Positions 1-11,275 of a stretch of DNA of 64,000 nt are shown here, piece by piece. Every line of letters starts with the position of its first letter. Position 1 is the stretch's first letter. A program made the translations under genes and the position numbers. The stretch comes from Ramazzottius varieornatus (lineage: Eukaryota > Animalia > Tardigrada), in the NCBI GenBank assembly GCA_001949185.1, contig BDGG01000004.1, forward strand, positions 1,513,620 to 1,577,619, written 5' to 3'. A model generated the notes under the pieces. That model was not told the DNA's origin and did not search any database. It worked only from the letters and a program-made list of their open reading frames with translations.

Positions 1-965
1 CAAAAAACTGGTCAAGAGGTTCAATCAAGGGCCGATTACTCGCAAAACTGATGATAAGGCTGTTGGATTTTTATGAGCGTGCTTTCTCTATCACTTGAGT
101 GAGGCCCATGCTAGACTGTATCCTCTACAGCGACCGTCGCAAAATCGTTCGTCTCGATCAACTGTACGGAAAACTTGCGTCTATAAATGTGATCGTTTCA
201 ACTGCTAGAATGTTGCGGATCTTCTTCTTGTGCGTCACGGACTGGCTGACACGAAGAATGTCTCGGATAATGTTACAGCATTATGGAACGTGATAACTTT
301 TCCTTTCCTCTCTTGAGTCTCTCATCGAAAGCTCGATGATTATTTCATCCAGTTATCGCCGCAAGATTGAATCACTCCATGCTTCTCACAGCAGTAGCAA
401 GAACCCTCGGAGAGATATGAAAGATACCCATACAGTCTCAGTAATGATTAAACTACGAGAACGCAGGACTTCGTAGCGCAACCAGGAGTTTCCCGTGCGA
501 GAACTTACAATGGACTTCCGGATCCCTACTGCTTCAACTATCAGACCAATCGGCTAGTCAAGACATCACGATACTGTGTCCTAAAACCAAAGAACAACCG
601 AAAGGAGGTGAAGTTTACTGAACTTAAATCGCAATCGTCAAGGAGAATAAACGGAACGAGCTTACTGTGCATGCAAGTGATGCATGATGCGTAGACAGGT
701 CCACAAGAACATGCACGCGCATCAAATTGCCATTAATCAAGAAGTCAGAAAGTCAAGCGTCGTCCAGAACCGGGCCTGTATACCAGGAAATAAATACTAT
801 GGACCATCGGGACCCCCATCGAACTTCAGTCCATGCATCCTTCGGTGTCACCTGCCGTGGTTCGCTCGAAGAATGTCCGATTAAACAGGAAACAAGGTTA
901 AATTATGACTCTATTGTTGCTGTTCATGCAGATCCGGTCACTACGGCGGAGCCTCGGAATTGTGT

Positions 966-2703
966 TTACGCCCATATCTGCAACAAACAAGGTCGCGATT
1001 AAAGTCTATAGATTATAGTATAGCGTACTTCAGGACCAGCAACACCGAGACTCACTCTTATTGTTTGATCCCAGCTGGCTGTACACAGTGCAGTTCCATC
1101 AGGCGATACGCGAAGATGGCTGACGCGGTTCTCGTGTCCATACAGAATTCCCACACGTTCACATTTCAAGGAGTCCCATATGTTGACGATATGGTCGTTG
1201 TATCCGCCAAACAGCAAACGGCCTGTACCAAATACAGTATATATTATCCCGCCAATCTTTCAGATTGATTAAACACCTAAAAGAGCATCTGTTCCTACCA
1301 CTGACAGAGAAGTCGACAGCGTTAATGCCAAATAGGATAGCATCACGACCGTAACAGGCAATCTCACGTTCGGCTCGAACATCGAAAAGACGAGCCTGCA
1401 GAGAGAATAGCTATAGGTCTCTAGTACCTTCCTTTCTGTGCTCATGGCGAAACAAAATTCATTATCGAAATCGACTCTTACCGTTCCGTCGTCTGAGCCG
1501 GTAGCAAATGCTTCTCCACTTGGATAGTACCGAACTGAATTCACGTCCGCCACATGTCCCTCGAACTGCTGGACGCACTCGCCATTGCGGAGATCCCATA
1601 TGCGAGCGGTTTGGTCACTTGACTGTAACAAAAGAGGAGCTAGGTACAAGACCGTTTCCGATCAGAGCGATTTTTGTATAACATACACCGGAAACAAAGG
1701 TGGCTGTCTCCGAAGGACACAGGTCGATCGCCATCACGTCCCGCTCGTGTCCGTGGAAGCTCTGAATGATCTGGGCGCTCTCGACGTCCCACAGCGCACA
1801 CGTACAATCACCGCTCGAAGTGAGTATCTACATAAAGATCGAAAACCAGGTTAGAGCTTTTCTAACCGGATAATAATAACTTCAAGCATGATGATTTTCA
1901 CCTGCTGATCGGAATGGGCGAATTTGCATCCGGAAAGATAGCTCGTGTGAGTTGCGACGGTCTTTTTCCTCTGCGAGGCATCTTCGTCTACGCTGAGTGT
2001 GAACACGGAACACTTGTTGTCGAGTCCCCTAAAAAAGGTACCAAGATTGAGTGGGATCAGGGGCCGGTTTGAACAAAGATCTGGTATTTGAAGTTAAGAC
2101 GCTCATAGGGAAAGTACGTTACTACGTACCCTGCGCAGATCATGGTCCCCGAAGGCGCATAAGCACATGTCATGACCCATGTTGTCGGCATCGAAATCGC
2201 GTATTCCTTGTTCGTCGAGAATCCATCCCACACGATCAGTTTGCCATCTTGGGATGAGCTAACCAGATGACGTCTGTCGTCGCTCCAGTCAACGCACAGA
2301 ACTTTACCTGTAGCAAACTAAATCACATCAAAACGAATCCCGAAACTGTGTTTCTTACAGGTCATCCCAAACCGTGTGATTGCGTGAGCAAATGGGGCTT
2401 ACTTTGATGTCCTTTCAGTATCCGGCGAGGTTTCCATGTGATCGGTGGAACATTATCCAGCTTCTCCGCCATCTTGCTTACTATGAAGAAAGAACCAACA
2501 GCATCAATACAAGGACAACTTGCATAACGTCAACTAGGCAAGCGACACGCACATGGGACATCATTGTTCTTTCGCTTTTCATCTTCCAGCTTTTTCCGGA
2601 GGTTTTCGATTTCAGCCTGCAGCGAATCGATATCTGCCGGCGGCAGTGGGCTGGGCGTACTTGGTGTCGGTGTCAGAGCCTCAACTCGAGGAGAGGCGGC
2701 CAT
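966..2703 (-). CDS. GNB5: G-protein beta subunit 5 (multi-exon)
   Basis: N-terminal coiled coil [21 protein letters not shown], then WD40 exons ([69 protein letters not shown]|IWA*), which match Gbeta5. ATG at 2703, stop at 966-968. Confidence 0.93.
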
Positions 2704-3165
2704 GTCTTACGTTCTTGAAGGCAGCAGAATTAGCGCGCCGAGGAATACACCTGCAAAGACAAACTCTTATTCACATCAAGATAAAATTCGGCGAGGAACC
2801 AGGTAATCCATAAGATGAAAGGAATTCGAAGCTAGCGATGTATTCCAGAATATTGGTGCCGTACAGATTCTATGGTTGTTCCATCAAAGTGCTTCGTTCC
2901 AGTCCAGATCAAAGTGCTTCATTCCTGCAAAAAAATGGCCATCAAGCCTGAAGGGTAGGAGATGGGCATACCGAAATACAAGTCGGAGACTTACTTGGAG
3001 CGTTCGTGCCCGTTGGAAATATGTTTCCAGCTGGGTCGAGTACAAATTTCTTCGACGAAAAATGCGAAAGATTTCCAGCATACGAGCACAATCCTTTGGC
3101 GTCTGGCACAGAGTGGATCGCTTTCCGCATTATTATCTGGTGAGAAAAAATTAACTTCCTCCGCT

Positions 3166-3310
3166 TCCCCACAGCAATCGTTGATGTAAAACACGCTATC
3201 GATTTTTCGGCCAACAAGTTCTCCAGCTGAGTGGCAGATTTCCCACAGCAATCGTTGATGCACAACATGCTATCGATTTTTCGGCCCACAAGTTCTGCAG
3301 CTGAATGGCA
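3166..3310. repeat. Two imperfect tandem copies of a ~73-bp unit
   Basis: ttcccacagcaatcgttgatg...ctatcgatttttcggcc...aagttct...cagctga.tggcaga occurs twice, head to tail. Confidence 0.85.
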
Positions 3311-4178
3311 GACCTGAGAGCGCGCGGATCCCGCAAAAGCTCTGGCCGCTCCCTGTTGTGTTCAATGTGTTGGGATCTTCTGCTCTCAATCAAGGAAACC
3401 TTGCACGTTGAATGTTTGATTGAACATGGCGAACTGGGTAAAATAAATAATGCTGTGACGTATGTACGTCCATTTGACCTTCACTCAATATATCCCCTAC
3501 GCTTGCTTGCTCGATGCTCGAGGGAACGTGTGTTACCACACCAGGCTGGGGACCTCCAGGCTTAATCAAGAGCTCAACTGGGAACCGCAGGACTGTTTTC
3601 ACCTTGACATTATTTCATGCATCAAGCGATTAATCAAACCATCGATAAAAAAATTCCAGGCATACTTGGGTATCGGCAGCCCAATTTAGGAGCATCGAGA
3701 GTTAACTTCGCCACGCTTCGCCACGGATGGAACTCTTCCAGAACTGTTCGCCCTTTTGAAAAGATTTTCCTGAAAATTTGAAGGGTCATCACCAGCGAAA
3801 TTACCCCCACCTGGGGAGGGGGTTGTGTCAGAGCAGATGCAAGCGCATTTCCATGCTGGACGACGCAAGTGTGACGTCATTCACGAACGTATTACTGCGT
3901 AAAGCTCTGCGAGCTACGTAATGGATTCAACCTGGATTCACCGTGGTAACACCCTGGTAATAGCCTCGCACTGCATCGGCGGGCACAAATGTTCCTGTTT
4001 TTTCGAGTAACTTAGGATAGCATCACCGTATTGGGATCCTGTATGGCCGTATACCTCCGTGTCCGTGTTCAATGCCTTATCTATAACACATTTCAAGCTA
4101 AACATTCCACGGCTATTCCACGACGGGCCTAAGACATCCTACCTAATAAATATTTAAATCAGAAATCAGAATATTTCA

Positions 4179-6539
4179 CGAGGGGATTATGCCTGTCCCC
4201 ACCTCTTTTTGGTCAAACTGTCCTGGCGGAACGAGAGAGGAGAGTCTCTTCTAGGATCTGAGCCAGTGAGCTAAATCTCGCGTCGATCCTGGAACAAACT
4301 ACAGGGACTCAGGAGTGACGTCAAAAGTAGGGCGGTATATAAGCAGAGTAATGAACAATTAAGACTTGATTGTTCGATGGTTGATTCGGTTGTTGATTGA
4401 GCCTGTGCTTCCTGCTCATCAAGTTTTCTGTTGTTTTTCAACCTTCTCTCATTGCTCATTCATTCCTGCGCTTCTCTGAAATGGAATCCATCAACTTGCT
4501 GATAGTTATCAAGCTGCTGGAATGGGAATACAAACTGCACTACCGTATCGACGACTTTCCAAGCGAAGCTGACAGGCAGTTCAAGGACATAGTTAAAGGT
4601 AATCTTGCTGTGCACTGGAGCTCAAAAACAAAAAAATACTAATTTGATTCGTAATCTTTCCTAGATTTCATCGACTCGAAGATCACCCAAAGTGTTACTC
4701 CTGTGTATGCCGTTGAAGAAGACCTCCAGTATGATCTGCAGATCCGCCTCGAGTTATTTGAAGATTACGAAGCATCTGTTGTCCAGTGCAACCTGCTGAC
4801 TGGCCGGAGTGAAGCTGACTTCGACGTTACGGAACCCGATAGACTGCTTGAGCCTGTTTCCAGCGGAACTGAACCTTCTTCCCATGAGCTATACATCCCA
4901 CGACTTCCTAACCCCAAGCGTCCAGTGGATCAGTTAGTCAACTTGGAATACAAGAAACGTGCGGTTACATACTGGAGAAACGCCGTGAAGAAGAAGCGTC
5001 TCACGTTGGCCACTGTTCAGAGAAGTTTTGGTAAAGTAACCAGCATACGGCAACTGTACGATTGGGAGAAGCAGGTAGTAGAAGGCGGTTCCAGGCTGGA
5101 CAAGTTGAAGGCTCTACGTTTGGACGTCGGTAAGCAGTTCTTCCTCGCTAAAAGGAAAAAGCAAGTGGTCAAGGATTTGGACTTACGTCGATGAGCTCTC
5201 ACTGCGAACGAAACGGTGAACTTGGCCGGTTTCACTGCTTCCCCAGACTGGATCGGAAAACTCAAACGGTACCAACAGTTTTTTGTGCTTCGATTTCCTT
5301 CAAAAACGAAATTAATATCTTCTAGATATTATGGGATCGTTGACCGGAAGATAACCAAGTTCGTCGCCAAGAAATCCATACAAGAAGCGCCTCACGTCAA
5401 GGAAAGTGCTGAAGCCTGCGTTGCGCTTGTCAGATCAAGGATCGCAGAGTACGGGTTAGACTGTCTGTGGAATGCGGATCAGTCAGGCTTTGAATATGAG
5501 ATGAGACCAGGAAGAACTTTGGAAACTGCTGGAGTAAAACGCGTGGAAGCGATCACCAAGTCGGAGAATTCCATGACACATAGCTACACTGTGATGATGG
5601 CGGTCTCCCCGAGCAGGCGTAAGTTTCTTCCTGTTCTTTTCCTAACGCTGAGGGAAGAGAAAGGAGTGTTTGGTCCAATCGTGTCGAGAACGATGTTCAA
5701 GGCTGATGGTCTGTATGTCACCGCTTCGACATCCGGGAAGATGACCAGGAAGCTCTACTTAGAGTGGTCAGAAAAAGTTCTTTTCCCTCATATGGAAGAG
5801 CGGTGCATTTTCTTGGCCGACTCGTGGAAGACCTTCACCGATCAAGATTCTGTGATTGAACTGAAACCGGAAGAGCTGGAGTACGAAATGCTGACCATCC
5901 CTCCGAAAGTTACCGGTCAAATTCAACCGCTGGATGTGTTATGCTTTAGGATGTATAAAGGCTGCTTCAAGAAGATATCCGACTTCGTCTTTTTGCACAA
6001 TTTACCCGTTTAAGTGCATCATCGCGATGTGATTTTGAGATTGAACTCTTTGCTGTATCAACAGTTTCAGTCGCCCAGGTTCGAAAATTTGATAGCTGAA
6101 GCTTGGCATAAGTCGGGATATACCGACGAACGTTTCATGTGTGTTAATCCAGCCAAGTTTATGTTTGATAAGCTGAAAGGCAGTTGTCTCCACGAGAACT
6201 GCAGAGACATTGTTGTTCTGGTTTGCGGGTGGTGCAAGGCCCGTCCTTGCTTCCATCACTTTTATGACGCCCATCTTTTCTGTACTATCTATTTGCCGTA
6301 ACAAGTTTGTTTACTGATGGGTTCCAGGGTTTGTTTGTTAGGTCTAACGTGGACGTACAAGACATCACGTTTCTACGTTATTGGCATAAACTTTTGACGT
6401 CACTCCCGAGTCCCTGTAGTTTGTTCGAGGATCGACGCGAGATTTAGCTCACTGGCTCAGATCCTAGAAGAGACTCTCCTCTCTCGTTCCGCCAGGACAG
6501 TTTGACCAAAGAGAGGTGGGGACAGGCATAATCCCCTCG
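4179..6539 (+). mobile_element. Tc4/Tc5-type (pogo-related) DNA transposon with ~150-bp terminal inverted repeats
   Basis: Left end CGAGGGGATTATGCCTGTCCCCACCTC...GTGACGTCAAAAG (4179-~4328) is the near-perfect reverse complement of ~6390-6539. Flanks are TCA (left) and TTA (right), i.e. TNA-type. An internal transposase gene is present. Confidence 0.92.
4481..6301 (+). pseudogene. DDD transposase with two introns and two premature stops
   Basis: Exons at ~4481-4598, 4665-5268 and 5326-6301. Motifs WNADQSG, FLADSW and IQPLDV (37 residues between the 2nd and 3rd Asp), plus a C-terminal Cys/His cluster. In-frame stops: TGA 5192-5194 and TAA 6011-6013. Confidence 0.88.
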
Positions 6540-6631
6540 TTAACCAAAACGATTGGAATTAATTGAAACGATTTTAATTGCTGATGTGACCTGATTCTTA
6601 TTAATTGTGATTGCTCATTCAACTTGACTGA

Positions 6632-6960
6632 CAAGGGGATTATGTATGTTCCGACTTCCCGATAGTCAAACCGTCCCGGCAAAACGGTTGAACAGTCTCT
6701 TCTTTGTTCCTGGATCCTGGAATAAACTACAAGACTCGCAAGTGACGAACGTAAGCTCTTTGATTGGGAGTCTGGTTAAATAGATTGAACAACTCAGTCG
6801 AGCAGCTGTTGCGTCAGATTCGGACTGGATGGCGTGCTATGGAGCATCTTCAGCCAGCGTTGGCACGATGTTCGGCCATCCTGTTGGTCAGGCGAGCGGC
6901 TTGTTTGCAATGTCCTCAATCAACACCCGCAATCAAAGAGCTTTACGTCATCGCGGCATA
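6632..6960. mobile_element. Degenerate non-autonomous relative of the adjacent Tc5-type element
   Basis: TGA is followed by CAAGGGGATTATG...GTCAAAC.GTCC...AGTCTCTTCT...GATCCTGGAA.AAACTACA, a diverged copy of the 4179 TIR. Internal inverted repeat gtaagctctttgattg / caatcaaagagctttac. Right end not resolved. Confidence 0.6.
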
Positions 6961-7374
6961 TTGGAGCAGTACAGTTTGATACCTGGCAAGTATTAGGCGA
7001 AATGGCATAAAACATACATAACACCGTGTGCTAATTGGGATAATCAAGTAATCAAAGCACAGGTGTGTTGCTGGGTTCGGGCATGCCGAGCAGTGTTGAA
7101 ATTTAAACTGACTGACTTGCGCGTGCGTCGCTTAGCGCCGCACATCCCACATCCGTCTGTCTTTTGCCTGTTGAGCTGGGCTCAACAGGCAAAAGTTGGG
7201 ACTTTAGTCTAGCTTTCACCTTCGTCGCGATCGGTTGTTGTTGTGTTCTAAGCTCTGTTTCATTTTCCGATGGGTGGTACTTTAAAATCTTGTTCAACTG
7301 GACGATAGAAATGCCCTGACCGCGTATTTTCTACTCAGGATCGTGGATAGTACTGTAGTGTTCTGACAAACTGA

Positions 7375-7931
7375 CAAGGGATTTACGCCAGTCGATTCAC
7401 TCCAACACTGAAACCAATTCGCTATATAAATAGATGAGAGTTCACTGTATAAACAGAGGCAGGCAGCATCGGTGGAGATAATTGCTCGACGCCACTAAAA
7501 AATTCGGGAACAGGGATTCAATGGCCGTACGGCTCCGTCTCAATGACGTAACCAAACCGCTTTGACGTAATGCACTTTGATTTGATTCCTGATTGACAAG
7601 GAGGCGATCAGCTGATCGGCGAAGAGTATGTGTGGTTCGCCAGACAGTTTGCTGTCTCGTTCCTGTAGTACTTCATGGTGCGCAATTTGGAGCGGCAACG
7701 ACGTTAAATCCGATCAGCTGTCCACCTCATTGTCAATGAAAAAGTCTCAAGCGAGAGTATTACGTCGTCGCACCAGACTTGTACGCTAGTGTACGACAAT
7801 AGTTCCTCTGTTCCCGACCAGGAATTAGTTCCGCCGATACCGTCTGCTCTATTTTATGCAGTGAACCCTTTTCTATTTTTCCGTCTTATTGCTTTTAGGG
7901 TTGGAGTGGACCGACTGGCGTAATTCCCTTA
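7375..7931. mobile_element. Tc4/Tc5-family MITE (~557 bp) with long imperfect inverted arms and TGA target duplication
   Basis: Left CAAGGGATTTACGCCAGTCGATTCACTCCAAC pairs with right GTTGGAGTGGACCGACTGGCGTAATTCCCTTA, and similarity extends ~250 bp. TGA lies on both sides (7372-7374, 7932-7934) and reconstitutes a CTGAG (CTNAG) target. Confidence 0.85.
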
Positions 7932-8632
7932 TGAGCCAAATTTTGTACGGATCTCAAACGCGCTGACTGTATTTTCATCCTGGAATTCCAAATTGGGGCG
8001 GTATTGAAATTCATCCTAATCCGATTACCGGTTCGGTCCCAAAAACTGGTGCCATAGTTTGAATTTCCGATTGCTAAAACTACTGTAATTAAAATTGTTT
8101 GTGCCACTAGGCGGCCCAGGCCCACCACCGAGTGAAATTGCTGCCACCTCAGGTATTCCGAAATCCGAATAATCGTAATTGCAATTCGAATCTAGAAGGT
8201 CATACTCGTACTAGAATGCCCAAAGGGTTCCTAAAGTGTCAAGTCACACGACCGCATTCTGAGCTCTTCCGGTCTTCGCTTAGTTAGTAGCGAGGCCGAG
8301 GAACGCGAAGGATATGGCCAAAGTACGTACAAGCGCATCGGTAAAATTATAGCAGCCGACCGGCGTACACCGTAAAATCGAAGAAAAGCTGTACTGTCTG
8401 CATGCCGGGTGGCTACAACCTTCAACCATGCCATCATACGTCATCCACCTGAAATTTTTGGCGAAGGGGGACGACACGAACTGTGACGAACATTGGGCTT
8501 GGGACCGTTTCTTATCTTTTGAGTTCAATTGAAATTATAGGTGTCGTAATCCACCTTCCATCTTCCTTACCTGCTGAAGGAGGCAAGATCTGTCCAGGAG
8601 TGTGGAAGTTGGACTGCAAGGTCGAAAGAGGA

Positions 8633-10943
8633 ATGCCTCGACTGAATTCCTGTTTGCTGTTGGCGGTTTCGCTGTTGGCGTTCCTAGTAGCCGTATGCCA
8701 AGGTAAGCCATGTCGTTATACCACTTCTGTACCATATATGTTCCTTTCCCATACACGATGTGAACGAATGATGCTCCCTCTTTGATTCATGTGTCTCTGC
8801 TTGCAGGTACCGTTAAGATAACTGTAACAAAGGATCCCGTCAGCGGAGAGACGTATTTACGACCGGGTGGCAACATCAAGCTGATCTGCACGACAGATCA
8901 GCAAGGAAAGCTCCTGAGATGGGAAGTTTCGGACGGGAATTCTACCAAGAGCGTGACTGCCATTGACTCTAAGGATCTCAAACTTAGTGGTGGCAGCAAC
9001 GAAGGCCGAAGCGAGATCGACCTGAGCAACCTTTCTGGCGACCTGGGAGGAACATACATCTGCAGCGATGGCATTAGCCAAGACTCCTACAACGTGAACG
9101 TCCTCGACAGTAAGTTCTCAGTCTGATCAGCTGGCACAATGATGAAATTCTACAGTAGTGTTATTTACATGAATTTTTGGTTGCTTTTTGCGAGTGAGTA
9201 TGGAAGAAGGACTTTGAGCAAGCGTGTTTAAATGAATTTGACAGTGCGTTACCGGTTACGTAAACGTGACGCCCGTATAGTAATGCTAAAGTGCCTTCTC
9301 GCAGACAGTCACAGTGGCACAGCTTTGCTTGACGTTTGTTGTTTACTTTTCCCAGGTAAGACATTGATTCCCGTCCACGTTTTGGAGAACGGCACCAGTT
9401 CGACGGTAGTGTTACATTGCCGTCAGCGCCTTCAACCTAAGCTGCCGCTGATCTGGTTGCGCAACGTTGGTGACAAAGACTACATTTTAAACCACATTCC
9501 CGCTGAAGACAAGAACTACTCAGTGTCGACTGATGAGGCATCGGGTTACCCTTTGACCATCAAGAATACTCGTCGATATCCCTCCAAGAACGGTGCTTAC
9601 ACCTGCCGACTCAACACCACCGGAGTTGCTGGCTTCGAGGATGGAGAGAACATTCAGACGGAAGTCACTTATCATAGTATGGACACTTCATCCAGTTTTG
9701 TACAAACGAAACTGAAGAACAAGATAGAAAATACTGTACCTATTCCCTCGATGGTTCTGCAAATCACGTGACTGCCGCGGTCCGCGATAAAAATCACCCG
9801 GAGGGGACAGAAAATATCTGTGCCTTCAATCAAAGATTACTCGTCAATCATGCAGTGATGGGCGACAATCAAACAATCAGTGCCATAGTGCGCGTGTAGT
9901 TTATCGGCGGGACGACGTAGTTCGCAGAAACTTTCGAGGAAACACACAGTACACGCGTTTGCCTTAAGCGTGGCATGGACAAAACTGTGGGCCACGGAGC
10001 GAAACCGGCACGGGCCAGATGAAAACTAATCAATTAAATTAATCGGAGCAGCGCCGCTTTTGCTCGTGGCCCACAAGTTTTGTCCATGCCCACGTTAAGG
10101 GCAGGTGCGTACACATGATTTGGAATGTCATCAAATATATGGAACATGGTCGTTCTATCCAGTGGCGCACGTTTTTCATTATTATGCGCGGGAAGCGTAC
10201 GCCATTTGGAAAAACGACCATGTCCACGTCGTTTGTCAATGTCCCGTTTTTCAAGCGTGTTAGCTTTACGGTCAAATTAATATCGTATTGTGGTTTATTT
10301 TTTGACGATTGTTTCTTTATTTTTCAGCGACGCCCGACGTGAGATTCGGTACGGAAGCCGCATCGGCTTCACGGTCGAAGAGTGCTACCAAGGACGAGCC
10401 ACTGACTTTGGTCTGTGTGGTTTCCGGTGCTGGTCAAAACCCCATCCAGTGGAGTAGGATAAGTGAGAACGGTACAAAGATCCTTCTGCAGAACGGCACC
10501 GACGAGCGGCACTACATTACTCGAAATGAAGAATTCGAGAACAGGAACGAATCACGCGAGAATCTAGAACGAACATCGGTTCTAGGATTCAACACGGTCC
10601 TTGACGAAGATAAGGGAACGTATGTCTGTGAGACCCGAAACGAGTACGGAGTGGCTAGCCAGGTGGTCGAACTGAAAGTCAAAGGTACGTTCCGCGAAGA
10701 AGCGATTCGGGGGAAAGTTGTACTTCAGTTTGACTTTTCGGGTGTCCTGTTACAGATAAGTTGGCTGCACTATGGCCCTTCCTCGGGATCGTCGCCGAAG
10801 TCGTGATTCTCTGCGCCATCATCTTCATTTACGAGCGCAGACGAAACAAGTCGATGGTTGACGAGGAAGAAGAGGAACCCATGAAGGGCGGAGATATCGT
10901 TGTCCGAGAAACCCGCGAAACGACCACCAGAAGTCGCAAATAA
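8633..10943 (+). CDS. Bsg: Basigin/neuroplastin-family Ig-superfamily membrane protein (5 exons, three Ig domains)
   Basis: Signal peptide MPRLNSCLLLAVSLLAFLVAVCQG, three Ig-type Cys pairs (LIC..YIC, LHC..YTC, LVC..YVC), and the family-typical transmembrane segment ALWPFLGIVAEVVILCAIIFIYE with an intramembrane Glu. Confidence 0.85.
9952..10111. mobile_element. pogo-type MITE (~160-bp foldback) in basigin intron 3
   Basis: Arms CCTTAAGCGTGGCATGGACAAAACTGTGGGCCACG / CGTGGCCCACAAGTTTTGTCCATGCCCACGTTAAGG, with TA at the left end. The terminus resembles the end of the element at 23871. Confidence 0.75.
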
Positions 10944-11275
10944 AGCCTCCTTCGCTCATCTGTATAATATAGTAAGTAATGCCAGCGAGAAAGGACGAAA
11001 TTTTGTCTTTCTGTGACGCTTTTCTTTTGAAGCTTTCTTTTTGACGTAACCGTATTGACGCTCTTCTTTTTTCTGCAGGCTGACTTAGGGTCGTTCAACG
11101 TTTTGCTACATGGCCATCTTGAGAAAAACAGCTGCTGGAAAAACCCGTCCTGACGGATTCTGCTGATTCATATTTGAGCAAGCTTTCGATTCCTACGCAG
11201 TGACCGAGTTGGACCTTTCCTTCACGTTTTAGCCGTTAGTGTGCAGTTAATTTGCAAACAGGCATTCGTATTCAT

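Noticed and set aside
1-960. Short ORFs at the window start
   Set aside because: No recognisable motifs or consistent exon structure; probably the GNB5 3' region or intergenic DNA.
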